From Flavobacteriales bacterium (lineage in GTDB: Bacteria; Bacteroidota; Bacteroidia; M30B66), in contig JBBAKX010000004.1 of assembly GCA_040403315.1 (NCBI GenBank), positions 159,658 through 223,657 on the forward strand: DNA of 64,000 nt. The letters are read 5' to 3'. The translations under genes were made by a program, and so were the position numbers. Position 1 is the stretch's first letter, and each line of letters opens with the position of its first letter. Positions 46,954 to 57,951 of this stretch are shown in pieces. The notes beneath the pieces were generated by a model. That model saw nothing but the letters and a program-made list of their open reading frames with translations, did no database searches and was not told the DNA's origin.

Positions 46954-49900
46954 TTATCGAAGCAAAGTCAAGGTGCCTTCGTAGCTGTTCTTCAAACCGT
47001 TTCTATCAATCGCCTGGATCTTATAAATGTAAATCCCTCCTGGCAACGTTCTTTCATTAAGTCGGGTTTTACCATCCCAACCATTTTCGATATCGAAAGT
47101 GCTGTAAAGCAATTCTCCCCAACGGTCGTAAATACGCATCGAGAATTCTTCTACGTCTTCGCCAAATGCACGGAATACATCATTGTAACCATCTTCGTTT
47201 GGAGTGAACGCCGTTGGAACATAAAGCTTATATCCAATTTGGACATACACCGATTTAGTTGTTGAATCTAAGCACCCAAACTCATTGATCGCTAATTGAG
47301 TAATCGTGTACGAGCCTGAATCAGGGAACATTGGGCGGGCATTGTTCGTGAAAATGGTATCAACCCCAGGAATTTGATAAATGATCTCCGATGCACCATT
47401 CGAAATATCCAAAATGTCTGTGTAAGGATTGATGATATCAATCAACTCGGGACTCACACTGAAAGCTGCTATCGGCGTTGGATTAATGGTGATCATGTTC
47501 TCCATTCTGTAAGTGTTGGAGCAACCGTATTCTGAAGTAACTTGAAGTGAAACTGTATAATTTCCAGCTGTATTGTAGAGTACAGTTGGATTGTTTTCTT
47601 CAGAATATTTATCATTTCCGAACGCCCAGCCAATGTTACTGATCGGATCGTCAGACTCAGATAAATTACTGAAAGTGATGAGTGATGGCTCACAAGCAGT
47701 ATAAGCACTTGCATCAAAGTTCGCCACCGGCATGCGCCAAACCTGAACAGGGAATTGGAACACATTACTCTCACATCCTTGGTCAGTGATTGTTAATGTT
47801 ACATTGTTCAAGCCAGTAGCAGTAAAATTGATGTCTTGTGGATTTCTATCGGTTGAGAATGGAATATTTGCTGATGGGCCAAACTGCCAATCGAAGCTTG
47901 CCAAAGGTCCAAATTGACCACCCGCAATAAAGTCGAATGAATTCACATCATAACACATTGGATTAGGACCTGCGAAATTTGCAACAGGTTGCGGTAGCAC
48001 AGTCACCAATATTGTATCGGTTGTTACACATCCCAAATCTGTAGTCGTTACGATAAACTCTCTAACATATGAATCGCTAGAAACATTCGATAACGTGGCT
48101 AAAGGATTTGAGATAGTAGTGAAGTTCAACCCTTCAATTGGTGCCCAAGAATAGGTGTAACCTGCCGTTGGCGTGGTTCCTAGCTGCGCAGGGATCAATG
48201 AACAAACCGATAGATCAATTCCAGCATTGGAAATAGGTAAAGGCGTTACAACCAAATTAACAGAACCAATAGGGGATGAACAGCCATTTTCAGTAGTTAC
48301 AAGTGTGTAAGTTCCTGATAACGCAGGCTGTGCATCAGTAAATGATGGATTCCGAACTGTTGAAGTAAAACTATTCGGACCATTCCAGTTGTAAATCGTT
48401 CCAACTATAGGAAGCGGAGCCGGACCGCTGATATTCAATGTTTCATCTTGACAAACTGGTGAATTGGACGTTATGGCAGGAAGTACAGGAATTGGGAAAA
48501 TCGATACCGCAGTTATTGCAGGTAAACTCCAACATCCATTTACTTGCACTCTAACGGAATAATTGCCCGACATTACAGGAGTTGAGTTGGCAATCTGCGG
48601 ACTAAACAATGCTGAGAAAATTACTCCGCCAGGATTTGTCCATTCAAATGTTCCACCAACTACATCTGGTGTGTTTAATTGAAGCAAATCGCCAGCACAC
48701 AATGGTCCATTGTTAGTTGGAGTTGGCGTAGTTGGATATGGGTTGATTACTACATCTAACAAAGCAGGTGGAGAAGGGCAACCATTTACTGAAACTACAC
48801 AATTATATTGACCCTCGGCAGCAGCAGATGCGGCAGCAATAGATGGATTCTGTACAGCAGATGTGAAACCATTTTCACCGGTCCATGAGAAAGTTCCCGA
48901 GTTCACATTTTGTGCAGAAAAGTTAAGCGCAGTTCCCTCGCAAATCGGGCTGTTACTTGAAGGTACTGGAGGCGGTGGAGTTGGGAATACAAACACATTG
49001 GTGGTTGCAATACTCTGGCAGCCACTTGCAGCAACTGAAGCGGTTACAGTGTAAACACCTTGATCGGCGGCTGTAACATTTGGGAAAACTGGATTCTGAT
49101 CTGTTGATGTAAAACCATTTGGACCAGTCCAAGAATATGTAGCATCAACAATATCAGTTGCATCTAATGAAACGCTCTGACCTATACAAGCAGGGCCTGA
49201 AGTAGAAGCGCCTACCGGACAAACTGAACAAGATTCTGGTGCATTATAGGTTTGAATGTAAGCACAAGTGTTGTCGTCGGAAAATACAACGCTGATTTCT
49301 CCAATAGCTCCGTTAGAAGCCATATTGGTAAAGTTGTAATTTACTGTAGGATCAAAAGGTGCATTAAATTGAACGAAACCTCCGAGTGAATTGGCAATTG
49401 TTAATGTTCCAGTTTCTGGTGGATTAACAAGTTCAATATCACCAGTCATAGTGAAAGTATTTGTGGCAGGATCGCAAGCGGATGGATTTACTGGCACATC
49501 GAGTTCACAAAAAATACTGCAATCGGTTGAGCCAGCACCGCCATTTTGTTGGAAGTTGATATTGGTTTGCTGATTGGAGAAGTTTGTGAGAAGTAACATA
49601 TAGTATTCACCCGCTGTGGCATTAGGAATATTACAGTTTTCGATAGCTGCTCCCGAATAGCTGCAATCAATAAAGTAAGAACCTGCTCCTGCGGCACAAT
49701 CTTGGTTTGGATCAGTTGCCTCTCCGCAGATACCATTTTGCCACTGCAACTCAGTGAATGGTCCCCAACAAATAAAATCAACATCGAATCCAGAGGTAAT
49801 TAAAATATCAATTGGCCCTGTTTCTTCTATTCGCATGTAGTACCATGCTGGGTTAGGTGTTGAACCTAAGCAGCAGATTCCGCCTCCAAATTCAGAATTT

Positions 49901-51564
49901 GTACCAGTTGCTGCAGGGAAAGTGATCCCTCCTTCAACTTCAGTACAGAAAGGCTGGGCGTCGTCACAGTAACCTGTTGGTGCATCCACTGGATCTTGGC
50001 AAGTTACACACTGCACTGTGGCTTCGAAACCAATATTGGTAACACTGCTGCTTGATGTAAACACCAAAGTCATGCATCCGCCCGAAGCGGTAGAACTACT
50101 TATTGGTGGAGGCATCGTAAATCCTGAGAAAATACCAAGAAGTTCAGCTGTATTATCGGGACCATCGTAAACGGTTAGCCTATCAAATGTAGCTTCAGTG
50201 GTGAATTCAGTAAAAGTAATATTGATACATTCTGCTGTTCCTGAACAGATAGTTTGTGATACACTTAAATCGTTGGCATATTGGCCTGGCCCACCTGGAT
50301 CTTGAAGAATCGCATTACAAGTGGTAACCACTGGACCTCCCTGACCAAGAATCAAAATATCTGGTGGCGGAGGACAAGGTACACAGGTTAAAGTGGCGTT
50401 GAAACCAGCACCGTTAGAAAATGCATTTGATATAAACTGAACTGTCATACATCCACCAGAATTCGTTGTACTGGTAACTGCAGGCGGAATATTAAAACCA
50501 GAAACTTCATCAATTAATGCTGAACCAATCGTAGCACCATCATAAAAACGAATTACATCGATGGTATTTTCAGTTTGTACTTGATTAAAGGTTAAACGAA
50601 CACAATTGCCTGCATCTGAGCAGAAAGTTTGAATAACATTGAGGTTGTTTGGATAATCACCTGATCCACCTGGATCAACAACCGTTCCTCCACATGCGTT
50701 AATTGTTGCTGGGCCTTGGCCGAGGATGAAGACATCTTGAGGTGGCGCACATGGAACACAATCCATCGTGGCTTTAAAACCTTCGAAATTGGTAAAAGCG
50801 TTAGAAGTGAATTCTATGGTTAAGCAACCACCTGATTGGTCGGATGAAACAATTGCTGGTGGCAAATTGAATCCTGAAGCCATATCAAGAAGAGGTGCTG
50901 CAACGCTGTTTCCATCAAAGAAACGAACAAAGTCGACTCCAGATTCCATTTCAAATTCGGAGAATGTTAGGCGAACACAATCGCCAGTTCCTGAGCAAAA
51001 TGTTTGTACAACGTTAGCATTGTCCGGGTAATTCAAGGTTGCTCCTGGATCGCGAAGTAATCCTCCACAGCCTGTAATGGTTGCGCCTCCTTGTCCTAAA
51101 ATGTAAATAATTGGATCTGGAGGGCACGGTACGCAGGTTACATTAATTGAGAATCCTGCAGGCGTTACAGAACCATCTGAAACGAATGCGATTGTTATAC
51201 TCCCTGCTGATCCAGCTGTTCCAGTAAGAACCATTGGTAATGCCAAAGCAGCACCAGCGTATTCTAACAAAGGTTCTCCCGTTGCAGTTGGTCCATTGTA
51301 AATTCTAACAAAATCGAAGTTTGCTTCAGTAGCAAAACTGGTAATTGTTAACTGTAAACACTGCCCGGGAGTCGCCGAAGTAAAGGTCTGGGAAACGTTC
51401 AAGCTATTAGCATAATTCCCAGTTCCACCTGGATCGAGAATGGTTCCTCCACAGGTAACTATATTAGCTCCACCCTGTCCGAGAGTATAGGTTTGGGCCG
51501 TTAGATTGATCCCCGATAAAAGCACAGTGATCATCAGAATTAGTTGGTAGAATCTGATTTTCAT
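46954..51564 (-). CDS. giant T9SS type-B CTD surface protein (4 N-terminal ~125-aa CUB-like repeats + Ig-like repeats + CTD)
   Basis: Signal peptide. Four repeats ILGQGG.TI..CGG.L.DPG...NY.....V.QTF.......C..LTF. GPNGFTS-type Ig repeats. C-terminal YVPTAFTPNEDGYNDVF...IYDRWGELLY...GWDG...LLR. Confidence 0.8.
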   Translation of the reverse strand: MKIRFYQLILMITVLLSGINLTAQTYTLGQGGANIVTCGGTILDPGGTGNYANSLNVSQTFTSATPGQCLQLTITSFATEANFDFVRIYNGPTATGEPLLEYAGAALALPMVLTGTAGSAGSITIAFVSDGSVTPAGFSINVTCVPCPPDPIIYILGQGGATITGCGGLLRDPGATLNYPDNANVVQTFCSGTGDCVRLTFSEFEMESGVDFVRFFDGNSVAAPLLDMASGFNLPPAIVSSDQSGGCLTIEFTSNAFTNFEGFKATMDCVPCAPPQDVFILGQGPATINACGGTVVDPGGSGDYPNNLNVIQTFCSDAGNCVRLTFNQVQTENTIDVIRFYDGATIGSALIDEVSGFNIPPAVTSTTNSGGCMTVQFISNAFSNGAGFNATLTCVPCPPPPDILILGQGGPVVTTCNAILQDPGGPGQYANDLSVSQTICSGTAECINITFTEFTTEATFDRLTVYDGPDNTAELLGIFSGFTMPPPISSSTASGGCMTLVFTSSSSVTNIGFEATVQCVTCQDPVDAPTGYCDDAQPFCTEVEGGITFPAATGTNSEFGGGICCLGSTPNPAWYYMRIEETGPIDILITSGFDVDFICWGPFTELQWQNGICGEATDPNQDCAAGAGSYFIDCSYSGAAIENCNIPNATAGEYYMLLLTNFSNQQTNINFQQNGGAGSTDCSIFCELDVPVNPSACDPATNTFTMTGDIELVNPPETGTLTIANSLGGFVQFNAPFDPTVNYNFTNMASNGAIGEISVVFSDDNTCAYIQTYNAPESCSVCPVGASTSGPACIGQSVSLDATDIVDATYSWTGPNGFTSTDQNPVFPNVTAADQGVYTVTASVAASGCQSIATTNVFVFPTPPPPVPSSNSPICEGTALNFSAQNVNSGTFSWTGENGFTSAVQNPSIAAASAAAEGQYNCVVSVNGCPSPPALLDVVINPYPTTPTPTNNGPLCAGDLLQLNTPDVVGGTFEWTNPGGVIFSALFSPQIANSTPVMSGNYSVRVQVNGCWSLPAITAVSIFPIPVLPAITSNSPVCQDETLNISGPAPLPIVGTIYNWNGPNSFTSTVRNPSFTDAQPALSGTYTLVTTENGCSSPIGSVNLVVTPLPISNAGIDLSVCSLIPAQLGTTPTAGYTYSWAPIEGLNFTTISNPLATLSNVSSDSYVREFIVTTTDLGCVTTDTILVTVLPQPVANFAGPNPMCYDVNSFDFIAGGQFGPLASFDWQFGPSANIPFSTDRNPQDINFTATGLNNVTLTITDQGCESNVFQFPVQVWRMPVANFDASAYTACEPSLITFSNLSESDDPISNIGWAFGNDKYSEENNPTVLYNTAGNYTVSLQVTSEYGCSNTYRMENMITINPTPIAAFSVSPELIDIINPYTDILDISNGASEIIYQIPGVDTIFTNNARPMFPDSGSYTITQLAINEFGCLDSTTKSVYVQIGYKLYVPTAFTPNEDGYNDVFRAFGEDVEEFSMRIYDRWGELLYSTFDIENGWDGKTRLNERTLPGGIYIYKIQAIDRNGLKNSYEGTLTLLR

Positions 51565-51567
51565 GCC

Positions 51568-51954
51568 TTAATTGGAGTTTGTATTGTTGCTAAATTCTTG
51601 TTCGATGCGAAGCAGTTCTGCATCCAATTCATTCAATGAAAGTAGATCGATTGGTTGCCCTGGAACCGATTGATAGGTGCGCTGTCTTTTATCAATTTGC
51701 CTTTGCATAATGCCTACGTCGATTTTACTTAGATCAACTGCCGGGCACTCTGGACAAGGTTTGTCGTGATTAACAACGAATGAACGCTGAAAAATGAAGT
51801 TCACCTGAGCCAGTTTAACTGGTGTCATGTTGATGATATCGGTATCGGAATAATACTTTCGAGCACGGGCATCAATCAACTGTAGGTTATCGTTGCTCTG
51901 TGCAGACAGAAAGGCTGAAACCATAAGTGTGGCGAAGAAAAATAGTGTTTTCAC
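51568..51954 (-). CDS. small secreted protein immediately upstream of the giant T9SS gene
   Basis: A GTG start gives the signal peptide MKTLFFFATLMVSAFLSAQS. The track ORF (to 52023) starts upstream at an ATG that has no signal peptide. Confidence 0.4.
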   Translation of the reverse strand: MKTLFFFATLMVSAFLSAQSNDNLQLIDARARKYYSDTDIINMTPVKLAQVNFIFQRSFVVNHDKPCPECPAVDLSKIDVGIMQRQIDKRQRTYQSVPGQPIDLLSLNELDAELLRIEQEFSNNTNSN

Positions 51955-52218
51955 GATTTTACAAAATAGGCTAACAAATATAGAAAAATCTGCTTTGGTT
52001 CGAAAGTTAAAACCTAAAGTCAAACGACTTGATAATCAGTTATTATAAACAATCATCAAGTAGATGCAATCAAATAGCTGTTCGCTGCACGGCAAACGAT
52101 AATTTATCAGATCGACAAAAAATGGAGCCTGTTTCCCTGAAAAATTACAACTTTGATTTGTGTATCAAATTAGCAACATGCATTTTTTCATCCAAACGCA
52201 AATTGCCATCTCTAAAAT

Positions 52219-54402
52219 TTAAAGATTTTCGATGATGAAATTCGTCATCATGTTATACAAATGCAGCCTTGTATTTCCTCCATAAATGCCATGATTCTTG
52301 TCGGGGTAAAAGAACAAATCGAATTGCTTGTTGGCTTTCACCAAGGCATTTACCATCTCCACTGAATTCTGGAAATGCACATTGTCGTCGGCAGTGCCAT
52401 GAATTAATAAATATTTGCCCTTCATTCGAGAAACATGGTTAATTGGAGAATTATCGTCGTAACCAGAACCATTTTCTTGGGGCGTTTGCATGAATCTTTC
52501 TGTGTAAATAGAATCATAGTAGCGCCAATTGGTTACTGGTGCTACTGCAATTGCCATTTTGAAAACATCTGCACCTTTGGTGATACACAATGAACTCATG
52601 TATCCGCCATAACTCCATCCTTGAATTCCAATCCGAGCAGCATCTACGTAAGATAGCGTTGCCATGTATTTTGCAGCTGCAATCTGATCTTCAGTTTCTA
52701 ATTTTCCAAGTTGCTTATAGGTTGATTTTTTAAACTCCTCCCCACGGAATTGCGTACCACGATTATCTACAGAAACCACGATGTAGCCTTTCTGCGCCAA
52801 CATTTGATACCACAAATAGTTACTACCTTCCCATTGGTTCTCAACAGTATTGTGCCCTGGACCGCCATAAACCGTCATGAAAACTGGGTACTTTTTGGTT
52901 GGATTGAAATCTGGTGGACGAATAATCCAAGCTTCCAACTCAGTGCCTTGTCCGTTCGGGATTTTTAAAAACGTTTTCGATGTTAAACGATATTCTTTCA
53001 GTTTGTCTTTTAAACCTTGGTTATTTTCAAGCATTCTAACCTGAACACCCTTGTTGTTGTATAGTGCAAATGAAGTTGGCTCATTAGCGTTGCTCTGTTG
53101 AAGGATAAAATAACTGAAAGAATTGCTGAATTCTGCATTCTGATGACCACCTAGTGGCAGAATATTTTTTTGTCCTTTTCCATTCAATTTCACACTAAAG
53201 ATAGTTCTGTCGGATGGCGTCGGAGCTGCAGCTTGGAACCAAATGGTTGAACTTTTCTCATCCAATCCAAATACTTCTGTAATATCCATTTCACCAGTAG
53301 AGATGGCATTCAATCGCTTACCATCCATGCCGTATAAGTAAAGATGGTTTCTTCCACCTAGCTCACTCGACCAAATGAAACGCTTTCCATCCTCCAAAAA
53401 AATCAAATTATCATGAATATCAATATAGGTCGAATTCTTTTCTTCTAACAACAACCTGAATTCACCTGAAATAGGGTTTGCCAACAAGAGCTCCAAATGG
53501 TTCTGCAAGCGGTTCATCCTTGTGATGCACAATTCTTTTGAATTGGAAGTCCATTTTACACGTGGAATGTATTGCTCAGGAGAGTCACCGCAATTCATTT
53601 TAGTGGTTGTTTTGATCGCCAAATCGTAAACCATAACGGCCACCGAAGAATTTTTCTCGCCAGCTTTTGGGTATTTGTACTTGTATTCGCTAGGATAAAG
53701 GCTTCCATACATAGCCATGTTGAACTCCTTCACTTCCGATTCATCGAACCTTAAAAAAGCAACTTTGATTCCATCGGGCGACCAGAAAAATGCTTGAGCC
53801 AATGCAAATTCCTCTTCATATACCCAATCTGTGGCGCCGTTAATAACAGTGTTCTGCTTACCATCATTGGTTACAGTTAATTCGTTTCCAGAAAGTAAAT
53901 CCTTAATGAACAAATTGTTGTCGCGCACGAAGGCAACTTTTTTCCCGTCTGGGGAAAACTCTGCATACTGCTGCTTTCCAGCTGTACGACTTAAAAAATC
54001 TGCCTTTCCTGTAGCGAGATCGATTACAATAAAATCAGATTTAAAGGAATGGCGATAAATGGGCTCAGCTTCAGTTGGAACCAAAAGCTTGGTTTCGTCT
54101 GCACTAAAAACGTATTCATCAAAATTAATTGGAGAACCATCAGGAAGCTTAAATTTTGTACCATCGTAAATGATAGACACCTTTTCTCCTTTGGCATAGC
54201 TGAATTTTTCTATAAAGATCACATCATCTTCAAATCTCAAAGCTGAATAATGCTGCCCATCGTTCATGCTTTCCATGCCCATAACAAATTGTGGAGCGAA
54301 TTGACGAGATGCCCATATTTCTTGTAGTGTAAAGTCCTTCAAGTCTTGCGCTTGCAGAAAATACGATGACAAAAGCAATAAAATAGAAAATAACTGTTTC
54401 AT
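52219..54402 (-). CDS. dipeptidyl-peptidase IV (S9B family serine peptidase)
   Basis: Signal peptide. N-terminal beta-propeller region. C-terminal alpha/beta-hydrolase domain with the catalytic GWSYGG motif. Confidence 0.85.
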   Translation of the reverse strand: MKQLFSILLLLSSYFLQAQDLKDFTLQEIWASRQFAPQFVMGMESMNDGQHYSALRFEDDVIFIEKFSYAKGEKVSIIYDGTKFKLPDGSPINFDEYVFSADETKLLVPTEAEPIYRHSFKSDFIVIDLATGKADFLSRTAGKQQYAEFSPDGKKVAFVRDNNLFIKDLLSGNELTVTNDGKQNTVINGATDWVYEEEFALAQAFFWSPDGIKVAFLRFDESEVKEFNMAMYGSLYPSEYKYKYPKAGEKNSSVAVMVYDLAIKTTTKMNCGDSPEQYIPRVKWTSNSKELCITRMNRLQNHLELLLANPISGEFRLLLEEKNSTYIDIHDNLIFLEDGKRFIWSSELGGRNHLYLYGMDGKRLNAISTGEMDITEVFGLDEKSSTIWFQAAAPTPSDRTIFSVKLNGKGQKNILPLGGHQNAEFSNSFSYFILQQSNANEPTSFALYNNKGVQVRMLENNQGLKDKLKEYRLTSKTFLKIPNGQGTELEAWIIRPPDFNPTKKYPVFMTVYGGPGHNTVENQWEGSNYLWYQMLAQKGYIVVSVDNRGTQFRGEEFKKSTYKQLGKLETEDQIAAAKYMATLSYVDAARIGIQGWSYGGYMSSLCITKGADVFKMAIAVAPVTNWRYYDSIYTERFMQTPQENGSGYDDNSPINHVSRMKGKYLLIHGTADDNVHFQNSVEMVNALVKANKQFDLFFYPDKNHGIYGGNTRLHLYNMMTNFIIENL

Positions 54403-54819
54403 GAATTTAGAGAGATTGAATGGTCGGTAAAAATAGCAATATCAATCAAGCATGTGATTTGGCTGATAAAATTATTATGAAAATCCATTATGCTAGAATA
54501 CAAAACCAATCAATCAGTGCTAAAAAGCCCATATTACTTATCACACCCTTACTGAAGAACCTTTCAGATGAATAGAAAACTCAATAAAAACCTAACCACA
54601 AGAACTCAATGCCCGATGAAACAAAAATAATAGAGAACCAATGCCAAACTTTAGAAATCTTTTGAATTAAATAATTAAAACTTGCAGCAGAATATTATAC
54701 TTATCAATCTAAATTTTCAAATATTGCAAATGAAATTAGGAGTAAATTTTTCGATTACACATATCCATTTCATGAATATGTTTAAAATAATTATTAGTTA
54801 AAAGAATTTAATTATAGAA

Positions 54820-55716
54820 TTAAATGCTTAGTTCGCCTTCAAGTTCTGATTTAACATTTTTCATGTAATGAATTTCTTCGTTGCTTTTAACAGGAAATTT
54901 AGGATTCATATGCACTAGCTTTTCTAAAATAATTTTGCAAATAATTGCTCGTGCTGTTGATTTATCATCTGCAGGAACAACAAACCACGGTGCTGATTTT
55001 GTGCTAGTTTTTCTAACTAAATCCTGATAGGCATCTTGATATTCTAACCAATATTTACGTTCTTTAATATCTGCTTTTGAAAATTTCCAATTCTTATTTT
55101 CATTTTTTATACGATCTAAGAATCTTTCACATTGCTCATTTTTTGATAAGTGCATAAATAATTTAAGAATATGAGTTCCAGATTCAATTATTCTTTCTTC
55201 AAAAAGATTGATTTGACGATAACGAAGTTCCCAAAATTCATTATCTAATTTTGCCAATGTATTGTAATTAAGAAGACGTTCGAACAAAACCAATTCAGGA
55301 TGCACTTTCGAAATAAGTACATTTTCATAGTGAGAACGATTAAATATCGCAATTTGCCCACGCTCTGGAAGTTTAACTGCATGTCTCCAAAGATAATCGT
55401 GTTCTAATTCCAATTCAGATGGGTGCTTGAAACTCGTTACAGCAACTCCCTGAGGGTTAGGCACTTTCAAAATGTGCTTAATCGCACTATCTTTTCCGGC
55501 ACTATCCATTCCTTGGAAAATTATCAATAATGATTGCCTATCCTCTGCATATAATTTATTCTGAAGTTTAGATATTTCTTCTAAATCAGAATCTTCATCG
55601 GTGATGTTTCGCTTTCGAATATCCTTAGAAATTCTTGTTTCATATTCTGATAAAGTGAAATGAATATTGGAAATTCGAATAGAATCAACAAGCTTAAGTG
55701 TTTTATTTTTCGTCAT
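54820..55716 (-). CDS. polyphosphate kinase 2 family (PPK2) protein
   Basis: PPK2 P-loop/Walker A (FQGMDSAGKDS) and lid-region motifs. Confidence 0.75.
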   Translation of the reverse strand: MTKNKTLKLVDSIRISNIHFTLSEYETRISKDIRKRNITDEDSDLEEISKLQNKLYAEDRQSLLIIFQGMDSAGKDSAIKHILKVPNPQGVAVTSFKHPSELELEHDYLWRHAVKLPERGQIAIFNRSHYENVLISKVHPELVLFERLLNYNTLAKLDNEFWELRYRQINLFEERIIESGTHILKLFMHLSKNEQCERFLDRIKNENKNWKFSKADIKERKYWLEYQDAYQDLVRKTSTKSAPWFVVPADDKSTARAIICKIILEKLVHMNPKFPVKSNEEIHYMKNVKSELEGELSI

Positions 55717-55722
55717 AATAGA

Positions 55723-56445
55723 TCAAATATTATAATAAACTTCATCAAATGGGATTCTCATTCTATCACCCCAAACACCCGTTTCACTTCTAATTCCACA
55801 AGAAACGACCATATTGATCTCTGCACCATATGGCAAATTCAGAATACTTTTAACTCTCCTGCTATCAAAACCCTCCATCGGACAAGTATCGTAATGTTCA
55901 TTTGCCATTGCGAGCATGAAAGTTTGAGCTGCTAATGCGCATGTTTTATGCACCACAACTCTACTATCATTTTCCGAAACTTGGTAAACGATTGGCCTAA
56001 AAATCCCAATGATATTTACAAATATCTTTCTTAAAAAACCAATTAACCCGAAAAAACGAGCATATAGAAAAGGCATTATATTGCCATAATAAAGTTTCCA
56101 TTTTTTCATTCTAATTGCCTGCTTTTCTTTAGGACTATTTTTTAAAACATTAAGCATTTCCGTACCCATTATTTTTTTTGCTCGGCTTCTGAACAAATCC
56201 TGTCTCGTTACAAACAAAACCATTTGTTGGGCAGTAATGGCAGATTTTTGATTCAAACATGCAACAGAAAGCTTTTTTAATACTTCCAAGTCTGTAATAT
56301 GATAAAACTCCCAAAGCTGCATATTAGAGCTATTGGGAGCCAGTGTTGCTAATTCTAGGCAATCTCTAACTTTACTTGGATTAATTTTAGAAGTACTATA
56401 ATGCCTAATCGAGCGCCTGTAATTTATAATTTCTGAAAAAGTCAT
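55723..56445 (-). CDS. nitroreductase-family (NAD(P)H-flavin oxidoreductase-like) protein
   Basis: RRSIRHY N-terminal motif and an overall nitroreductase-fold pattern. Confidence 0.6.
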   Translation of the reverse strand: MTFSEIINYRRSIRHYSTSKINPSKVRDCLELATLAPNSSNMQLWEFYHITDLEVLKKLSVACLNQKSAITAQQMVLFVTRQDLFRSRAKKIMGTEMLNVLKNSPKEKQAIRMKKWKLYYGNIMPFLYARFFGLIGFLRKIFVNIIGIFRPIVYQVSENDSRVVVHKTCALAAQTFMLAMANEHYDTCPMEGFDSRRVKSILNLPYGAEINMVVSCGIRSETGVWGDRMRIPFDEVYYNI

Positions 56446-56529
56446 TGTGATGTATTTAATTTAGTTACTTTAATCTATTTCATAAATATTCGAAATTCTA
56501 TTTTTTATTGAGGATATGAATCGATAAAA

Positions 56530-57933
56530 TTACTGCCAAAGCAAAGAAAGATGACCTGAAGCATTAAGATAGTTTAACCAATAAGTCCATAGCTGCATCT
56601 CTAGGTTTAAATAATCAGCCTTCAACACTTTATGCTTCAATTCTTCAATCTTTACATTGAATATGGATTCTTGACCTTCAAGAAATCTTGCGTCAAAAAT
56701 ACTTAATGATTCTGAACTTAAATTAATGATTTTATTTAGTGTAATCAATCTAGTTCTAAAATTATCAATCATTAGTTTAGCAATTAATCGATCTTTTGAA
56801 TAATTCTGGGATAGATCATCTTTTTGAAATTGATATTGATTTGATTGCAATTTCATTTGTTTTATTTTATTGCGGGTATTCTCGTTAATCATTAAAGGAA
56901 TTTTTACATCTAAACCAATATAACTGCTTCCAAACCATGAATTAGATTCAACAGGATTAAATGCATTTAAAAATTGATTAGCTCCGAGAAAACCTTTGAA
57001 TGCAACTGTTGGAGATTGCTTGTATCTCTCTAACATTGCTTGTAAATCGGTTAATTGACTTTTAACATCAAGTTCATTAAGGTAGCTTAATTGCTTGGGA
57101 TCTAGTAAAAGTAAATCATCGAATTTAATAGCAGACACATTTGAATCAACTTGAAAATCACAAGAATCGATACTTTTCTCTCCCATTAAATAAAGTAAGT
57201 AAACTTTATCTTCAATCAGCAAGGAAATAGCGTTTGACAATAACTGCAATGTTTCAAAATGCAAAATTTCAGATTTGATTACCTCTGTTTTTAGCAATCT
57301 TTCTTCATCGAAAATGTTTTTGAAGTTCTGAAATTGAATAAAAGTTCGAGAAGTATCTGATTTAAGTGATTCAATTTTAGAATTATCTATACAAATTGCT
57401 ATATAAGCTTGTGCAATTGTGTAAGCCAAATCGTTTTCAGATTGTTCAAAAGATAAAGCTAAAATCCTTTCTTGAAGTTTTGATTCATTAACACGGGCAC
57501 TAAGAGAACGATCAAATATTGGTTGGATGGCATAAATCCCAGCAGACTGATTCCACTTGGTGCCAAATTGAACGCTTTTTGTTGCATCAATTGGAAAGGA
57601 AGGATTAAAAACACCGATTGGTAAAATTGAAGTTTGTAAAATCGGATTATATAAATAGGAATATTCAAGTGATAATTGAGGCCTAAATTTCCTGAACAAA
57701 GCTTCTGTTTGTAACGAACCAACTGCCAAATCTATTTTGTTTGCTAGAATACTGTTTCGATTAGATAGTCCGCTTTTTATTGACTGCGAAAGGGTAATGA
57801 TTCTCTGAGCGTTACAATTTATAGAGATCAAAAAAATAGTAAAAATAAGTAATATTCGAAAATTTAAAGTTGAGCCTCTATAAATAATAAGCGCTTTCAA
57901 TTTAAATGGTGAGTATATTTGTAAATTGAACAT
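56530..57933 (-). CDS. TolC-family outer-membrane efflux protein
   Basis: Signal peptide. Two-repeat coiled-coil/beta architecture. Last gene of the exporter operon. Confidence 0.65.
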   Translation of the reverse strand: MFNLQIYSPFKLKALIIYRGSTLNFRILLIFTIFLISINCNAQRIITLSQSIKSGLSNRNSILANKIDLAVGSLQTEALFRKFRPQLSLEYSYLYNPILQTSILPIGVFNPSFPIDATKSVQFGTKWNQSAGIYAIQPIFDRSLSARVNESKLQERILALSFEQSENDLAYTIAQAYIAICIDNSKIESLKSDTSRTFIQFQNFKNIFDEERLLKTEVIKSEILHFETLQLLSNAISLLIEDKVYLLYLMGEKSIDSCDFQVDSNVSAIKFDDLLLLDPKQLSYLNELDVKSQLTDLQAMLERYKQSPTVAFKGFLGANQFLNAFNPVESNSWFGSSYIGLDVKIPLMINENTRNKIKQMKLQSNQYQFQKDDLSQNYSKDRLIAKLMIDNFRTRLITLNKIINLSSESLSIFDARFLEGQESIFNVKIEELKHKVLKADYLNLEMQLWTYWLNYLNASGHLSLLWQ

Positions 57934-57951
57934 AATTAAATTATTTAAATA

